From Thermoproteus tenax Kra 1 (GTDB taxonomy: Archaea > Thermoproteota > Thermoprotei > Thermoproteales > Thermoproteaceae), in the NCBI RefSeq assembly GCF_000253055.1, contig NC_016070.1, positions 930,001 through 962,000 of the forward strand: 32,000 nt of DNA, read 5' to 3'. A program made the translations under genes and the position numbers. How positions within the stretch are numbered: the first letter of the stretch is position 1; each line of letters begins with the position of its first letter. Of the stretch, positions 27,303 through 32,000 are shown piece after piece. A model generated the notes under the pieces. It searched no databases and was not told the DNA's origin. It was given only the letters and a program-made list of their open reading frames with translations.

Positions 27303-28390
27303 GGCAACACTATGGGCCTTATCGATCTCCCCGATCTGAGGGCCTCCACGGCCTCGTTGATCTGCTCCAGCTTATAGAAGTCGCGGGCCATAAGCTCGGG
27401 CCTCAAGAGGCCGCGCTCGACCATGCCGATAACCTTGGGCAGATCGACGCGAGGCCTTGCGCCGTAGCTGCCGATCACACTGATGCCTCCCCTCACCACG
27501 CGCGCGACGTGTAGCGGCGCCTTCTTGCCCAGCCCCATGAGGCCGACCAACACCACTCTTCCGCCGGTTGAGGCCATATCGATAGCTTGTTCCACTGTCT
27601 GCTCGCTGCCCACCGCCTCCACGACTACGTCGGCGCCTCTTCCGTCTGTGAGCTTCCTCACCTCGGCCACCGCATCGCCGTCCCTAGCGTTTACAACCTC
27701 GGCGCCCATCTCGGCCGCAAGCTTTAGCTTCTCCGGGTTTCTGCCCACCGCTATGACTCTGGCTCCCACAGCCCTTGCCACTTGGACGATCGCCAGTCCC
27801 ACGCCGCCCGTGCCTATCACGGCCACTGTGTCGCCCGGCTGCACAGAGCCCGAGTTCACGACTGCGCCGTAGGCGGTCAAGAAAGCGCAGCCCAACATGG
27901 CGAGCTCCGGCCTGTTGGCCAACCTCGGCGGGAGCTTGGCGACCGCTGAGGCTGGGACCACAGCCTCCTGCGCCCAGAGGCCTCCCAGAAATATCCTCAA
28001 GGGCTCGCCGCTCTTCCTCCTTCTGAGCCGCGTAGTGCCGTCCAATAGCACTCCCTTTAATCTGACCTCTGAGAACCTCTCGCAGAGGTTCTCGTGGCCT
28101 CTGGCGCAGTTCCTACATCTGCCGCAGGGCCATATGAAGCTGGTGACCACTAAGTCGCCGCGGGAGAGCCCTTGCACGTCAGGCCCCACTTCGATTACCT
28201 CGGCCACGGCCTCATGGCCTGGCACCAAGGGGGGCGGCACGGGGGTTGCCCCCTCTAGGACGTAGAGGTCGCTGTGGCAGACTCCCGCCGCTTTGACTCT
28301 AAGCGCCACTTCCCCCGACTTGGGAGGCTCTACGTCTACCTCCTCTATAACGAGCTCACTGTTATATTTCTCCAATATAGCGGCCTCCAT
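27299..28390 (-). CDS. Zinc-containing alcohol dehydrogenase, MDR family (candidate succinate semialdehyde reductase)
   Basis: VKAAGVCHSDLYVLEG, PLVPGHEAVAEVIEVG, CGRCRNCARGHENLC structural-zinc motif, VIGTGGVGLAIVQVARAVGARVIAV. Confidence 0.88.
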   Translation of the reverse strand: MEAAILEKYNSELVIEEVDVEPPKSGEVALRVKAAGVCHSDLYVLEGATPVPPPLVPGHEAVAEVIEVGPDVQGLSRGDLVVTSFIWPCGRCRNCARGHENLCERFSEVRLKGVLLDGTTRLRRRKSGEPLRIFLGGLWAQEAVVPASAVAKLPPRLANRPELAMLGCAFLTAYGAVVNSGSVQPGDTVAVIGTGGVGLAIVQVARAVGARVIAVGRNPEKLKLAAEMGAEVVNARDGDAVAEVRKLTDGRGADVVVEAVGSEQTVEQAIDMASTGGRVVLVGLMGLGKKAPLHVARVVRGGISVIGSYGARPRVDLPKVIGMVERGLLRPELMARDFYKLEQINEAVEALRSGRSIRPIVLP

Positions 28391-28410
28391 GGTGCGCGTT
28401 GAAAGGACTC

Positions 28411-28418
28411 TTTTAAAA
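28411..28418 (-). promoter_or_regulatory. Predicted TATA box for the ADH gene
   Basis: Minus-strand TTTTAAAAG-like element about 24 nt upstream of ATG at 28390. Confidence 0.45.
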
Positions 28419-28492
28419 TTTTTTCTAAAAGATATTAATATTTTATATTTATCATTATATTCTATTAAGTTCTAATGTAAAGAATAAAAAGA

Positions 28493-28500
28493 TTTATATT
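28493..28500 (+). promoter_or_regulatory. Predicted TATA box for PEP carboxylase
   Basis: TTTATATT with centre about 24 nt upstream of ATG at 28521. Confidence 0.5.
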
Positions 28501-28520
28501 AAGTCTGTTTTCAAGCGATA

Positions 28521-29894
28521 ATGATTCCGCGGCTCATGTGCACTCAACATCCTGACACGACCGTCAAGATAACGGCGGGCGAGGAGGTAGACGAGGCCCT
28601 TGTGGCCTACACTGCGTACGGATGCGAGGAGGTCATGGTCGATTATGAGGGCAAGCTGACGCCCTTCACTCAGCCCAAGGAGATCGTCATGAGGGCGTTG
28701 GCCGCCGGCGTGAAGTTGGGCGAGAAGTTCTTCATCACTCCCAGGCTTCCGAACCCCAAACTGGAGGAGTTCGATAGGGCGATGCTGTCTCTTGAGGCGG
28801 CGGTAGTGGCCAACTACTTCTCGCTTAAGTATATGGACACCCAGGCGGTGAGGTGGGTCGTGTTGCCCATGGTGGAGGACCTAGACACAGTTCTCCTGGT
28901 TAGGAGAATGTTGAGGAGGAAAATACAAGCATACAGGGAGGAGACAAACCTCGAGATCTCCGACATAGAGGTTATACCGCTGATCGAGGACGCCTTCGCC
29001 CAACTCAAATTTGAGGCGTTTCTCGCCGAGATAATGAGGGACGGGCGCGTGGAGAGCTTCCGCCTGTTCTTGGGCAAGTCAGACTCAGCTGTGAAGTACG
29101 GACACATAGCCTCGGCTCTGGCAATCGTCTGGGTGTTGTCCAGAGTGAGGAGGGCCGAACAGGAGCTGGGCATCAAGATACATCCCATCCTCGGCATGGG
29201 CACTCCGCCCTTCAGAGGAGCTATAAACAACCCTGCTCTGGCCCACCTGGAGGTGATTCAATACGCCGGCTACCACACTGCCACTATCCAGTCGGCTATA
29301 CGTTACGATGCGTCCTTCGAGGACTATATCAAGGTGAAGGACTCCATACTGAACGCCTGTTGCATGGACGCGAGAGGGGTCGACGATGTGGACAAGCTCG
29401 TGGGCGAGGCAGCCACGAGCTACAAGTCCGTAGTAGCGAAATATGTGAACGCGCTCCTCGAGGTGGCGAGGCTAGTGCCCTCCACGAGGGACAGAGTCAG
29501 TTGGAAGGTCTACGGGAGACAGTTCGTGGCCGAGGATAGAGCAGTCAATATGCCCAGAGCAATAGTCTATACCTCCACTTGGTACGCGATGGGCCTCCCG
29601 CCCATATTCTTGGACTCGCCCTTTATAGTGAAGTTGGCCAAGGAGGACAGGCTAGACGGCTTGCTCAAGTCGCTCCCTACTCTCAAGAAGGAGTGGGAGT
29701 ACGACTCGGAGTTCTTCGACTACGACACTGCCGCCAAATACATCGGAGAGGAATTGATAAAAAGCGTCAGAGAGGCCATGGACTACATGGGCATAAACCC
29801 GAGGACGAACGGAGCCTACGCGGCGCTTCTGAGGATGCCCCGGAGCGAGTCCAACATAATCGCCATGGGCAAATACAGAAAGTTCCTGGGTTAA
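28521..29894 (+). CDS. ppcA: Archaeal-type phosphoenolpyruvate carboxylase
   Basis: MIPRLMCTQHPDTTVKITAGEEVDEALVAYTAYGCEEVMVDYEGKLTPF..., GMGTPPFRGAINNP, NPRTNGAYAALLRMPRSESNIIAMGKYRKFLG. Confidence 0.94.
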   Translation: MIPRLMCTQHPDTTVKITAGEEVDEALVAYTAYGCEEVMVDYEGKLTPFTQPKEIVMRALAAGVKLGEKFFITPRLPNPKLEEFDRAMLSLEAAVVANYFSLKYMDTQAVRWVVLPMVEDLDTVLLVRRMLRRKIQAYREETNLEISDIEVIPLIEDAFAQLKFEAFLAEIMRDGRVESFRLFLGKSDSAVKYGHIASALAIVWVLSRVRRAEQELGIKIHPILGMGTPPFRGAINNPALAHLEVIQYAGYHTATIQSAIRYDASFEDYIKVKDSILNACCMDARGVDDVDKLVGEAATSYKSVVAKYVNALLEVARLVPSTRDRVSWKVYGRQFVAEDRAVNMPRAIVYTSTWYAMGLPPIFLDSPFIVKLAKEDRLDGLLKSLPTLKKEWEYDSEFFDYDTAAKYIGEELIKSVREAMDYMGINPRTNGAYAALLRMPRSESNIIAMGKYRKFLG

Positions 29895-29895
29895 T

Positions 29896-30312
29896 ATGTC
29901 GTTGGGACAGTTTGTTAAGAGAAGCCCGCTGACCGCACGCCCCGAGACTCCGTTGAGAGAGATCGTCAGACTCATGGCCGAGAACAACGTTGGCTCCGTC
30001 GTCCTAGTCGACGATGCCAATAAGCCCGTGGGTATTATTACTGAGAGGGACGTAGTGAAGGCGCTCGCCAGAGGTCTCACATTGGACGACCAAGCCTCCC
30101 GGGCCGGCACTATGGGGGACCTAGTGACGGCGCAGCCCTCCGAGGACGCCTACGTTGCACTGAAAAGAATGCGCGAGAGGAGGATAAGGCACTTGGTCTT
30201 GGTGAATAACGACGGGACTCTCGCCGGCGTGATATCTATACGCGATCTGTTGGAGGATGTAGCGTTAAAATACCTCGGGGATAAAGTATGGTGGCCTCCT
30301 CCGGAGGATTGA
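29896..30312 (+). CDS. Tandem CBS-domain protein
   Basis: PLREIVRLMAENNVGSVVLVDDANKPVGIITERDVVKALARG ... DAYVALKRMRERRIRHLVLVNNDGTLAGVISIRDLLEDV; starts 1 bp after the PEP carboxylase stop. Confidence 0.92.
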   Translation: MSLGQFVKRSPLTARPETPLREIVRLMAENNVGSVVLVDDANKPVGIITERDVVKALARGLTLDDQASRAGTMGDLVTAQPSEDAYVALKRMRERRIRHLVLVNNDGTLAGVISIRDLLEDVALKYLGDKVWWPPPED

Positions 30313-30719
30313 AGGTCGGGGATCTTGTCAGAAGACCCCCCTTGGTCATCCACCCCGACTCCACGTTGTTGGAGGCGGTTGACAGACTGATGGAGCACAA
30401 CGTGGGCGCTCTGGTCGTCGTTAGGCGGGAGGAGCCCGACAAGGCTGTGGCGGTGCTCTCGGAGAGAGACATAGTGCGGGCCCTCAACATGAGGATGGCC
30501 CTCTCCACGCCCGTCGAGGCCTTTATGTCTCCAGGGGTTATCTCCATAGAGTACGACCAGCCGTTGTCGAAAGCCGCCGAGCTTATGTGGAGATACAACG
30601 TAAGACATTTAGTTGTCACCAAGGAGGGCAAGCTCTACGGAGTCATATCTATACGCGACTTGATCAAGCCTGAATCGCTCCAGGCGATATGTAGGGAGGG
30701 GCTGTTTCACAGTTCTTGA
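30288..30719 (+). CDS. Tandem CBS-domain protein (start uncertain: ATG 30288 or TTG 30309)
   Basis: [43 protein letters not shown] ... [44 protein letters not shown] precedes TTG at 30309, whose TTGA overlaps the previous stop. Confidence 0.9.
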   Translation: MVASSGGLKVGDLVRRPPLVIHPDSTLLEAVDRLMEHNVGALVVVRREEPDKAVAVLSERDIVRALNMRMALSTPVEAFMSPGVISIEYDQPLSKAAELMWRYNVRHLVVTKEGKLYGVISIRDLIKPESLQAICREGLFHSS

Positions 30720-30932
30720 TCGTTGCCCCCATGCCCGATGGCCCCGCGCCGGAGGCAGCCGGGCTGTCAGCGAAGGCGCAGGCGAGGAGGAGGCCCTTGG
30801 GCGCGAGCGGCCGGCTGCAATCAGCGGTGGACGCCTAGGGACAGACGGGGCGCCTGACCATATAAATATGGTATATACTGGAAAGGGGAAATATATAGCA
30901 TTACCTCTATAATTTATTTATTGAACATCTTT

Positions 30933-32000
30933 ATGGTACTGGCCTATCTCGTTGCCGCCGGCATGAGCAAGATAGGCAAGAGGGAGGAGAGCTCGCGGGA
31001 GCTCGTCGAAGAGGCCTTCCGCGAGGTCCTAGAGGTCGTGGATCCGAGGGAGATAGAGGCGGTCTACGTCGGCGTCCAGTCTGAGACGTACGAGCACCAG
31101 ATAATGTACGGCTCCCTCATCGCTGAGGCGCTCGGCCTCCTGCCCAGGGAGGCGTATAGAGTTGAAGCGTGCGCCGCCGCAGGCGCGTTGGCGCTTCATA
31201 ACGCCGTATTGGCGGTCAGATCGGGGCTTGTTGACGTTGCTCTGGCGGTGGGCGTCGAGAAGATGACCGCCAAGAGCACTCAAGAGGTCACAGACGCCCT
31301 CATGGCGGCCAGCGACCTCGTCGACCAGCTCAGCGGAGTGACGATACCTGCCCACTACGCCATGGTGGCGAGGAGGTATATGTACCTCTACGGCGCAACT
31401 GAGGAGGATCTGTGCGCCGTGGCTGTCAAAAACCACAGACACGCTTTAGAAAACCCCAAGGCCCACTTCAGAAAGGCCATAAGCGTGGAAGAGTGCCTCA
31501 GGAGCAAGCCCGTGGCCACTCCGTTGAAGTTGCTCGATTCGGCGCCCATAAGCGACGGAGCGGCACTCGCCGTAGTGGCCTCCGAGAGGGCCGCGAGGAG
31601 GCTGACCGACGCGCCGGTGAAGATATTGGCGTCGACGGTGGCCACGGACACTCTGAGCGTATCCCAGAGGGACGACCTAATCTGGCCCAGGGCAGTGTAC
31701 GAGGCCGCCCAGAGGGCCTACAGACAGTCGGGCCTGGAGCCCTCGAAGATCCAAGTGGCCGAGGTTCATGACGCCTTCACTATAAACGAGATACTCATGT
31801 ACGAGGCCCTGGGATTTGCCGAGAGGGGGAAGGGGTATCTGCTTGCGCGAGAGGGCCAGACCTACATAGGAGGGAAAATACCGGTAAACCCAGATGGCGG
31901 CCTCAAGGCCAGGGGACACCCCATCGGCGCCACGGGCTTAGCCCAGATCTATGAGCTCTACCTACAGCTGACGGGTAGAGCGGGGCGGAGGAACACGGGC
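30933..32000 (+). CDS. Thiolase family protein (archaeal acetyl-CoA C-acetyltransferase), truncated by window edge
   Basis: My in-frame translation: MVLAYLVAAGMSKIGKREESSRELVEEAFREVLE..., RVEACAAAGALALHNAV (nucleophile Cys region), SDGAALAVVAS, VAEVHDAFTINEILMYEALGF, NPDGGLKARGHPIGATGLAQIYEL. Open to base 32000, so absent from the ORF track. Confidence 0.88.
   Translation, partial: MVLAYLVAAGMSKIGKREESSRELVEEAFREVLEVVDPREIEAVYVGVQSETYEHQIMYGSLIAEALGLLPREAYRVEACAAAGALALHNAVLAVRSGLVDVALAVGVEKMTAKSTQEVTDALMAASDLVDQLSGVTIPAHYAMVARRYMYLYGATEEDLCAVAVKNHRHALENPKAHFRKAISVEECLRSKPVATPLKLLDSAPISDGAALAVVASERAARRLTDAPVKILASTVATDTLSVSQRDDLIWPRAVYEAAQRAYRQSGLEPSKIQVAEVHDAFTINEILMYEALGFAERGKGYLLAREGQTYIGGKIPVNPDGGLKARGHPIGATGLAQIYELYLQLTGRAGRRNTG

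Noticed and set aside
30150-30631. Minus-strand ORFs opposite the CBS genes
   Set aside because: Both overlapping CBS ORFs have strong family motifs; the antisense frames do not.
31412-31771. 119-aa plus-strand ORF near the right edge
   Set aside because: Lies inside the open thiolase frame that runs from 30933 to the window end.

Overview
This 32-kb window looks like ordinary chromosomal DNA from a hyperthermophilic crenarchaeon of the Thermoproteus/Pyrobaculum type. The taxonomic call is inferred from gene content, a PaREP1-like pseudogene and leaderless promoter spacing. Main blocks: (1) a left-edge DsbA-like protein, a NAD(P)/FAD oxidoreductase, an FtsX-like permease and a geranylgeranyl-reductase-like flavoprotein; (2) an archaeal CoA-biosynthesis set (panE, phosphopantothenate synthetase, pantoate kinase) with panB located separately; (3) a NiCoT Ni/Co permease and a divergent anaerobic cobalamin locus (cbiG, cbiE / cbiX-cbiC fusion, cbiH, cbiD, cbiT, cbiL, cbiF); (4) glutamate dehydrogenase and a short decayed accessory patch (TnpB-like fragment, MNT nucleotidyltransferase, HEPN-like remnant); (5) from about 18.9 kb to the right edge, a dense cluster fitting the dicarboxylate/4-hydroxybutyrate CO2-fixation cycle: beta-carbonic-anhydrase-like protein, AMP-forming acyl-CoA synthetase, aldehyde dehydrogenase-family protein, 4-hydroxybutyryl-CoA dehydratase, fumarate reductase/succinate dehydrogenase flavoprotein, a 2Fe-2S-only FrdB/SdhB-like protein, a zinc alcohol dehydrogenase, archaeal-type PEP carboxylase, a thiolase, and three small tandem-CBS proteins next to the enzymes. 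I see no defence island, CRISPR array or clearly new multigene system. The most noteworthy points are the CBS proteins coupled to 4HB-CoA dehydratase and PEP carboxylase, the minimal 2Fe-2S protein coupled to an ADH gene opposite the flavoprotein, the CbiX-CbiC fusion, and two GC-rich intergenic segments with RNA-like pairing potential.
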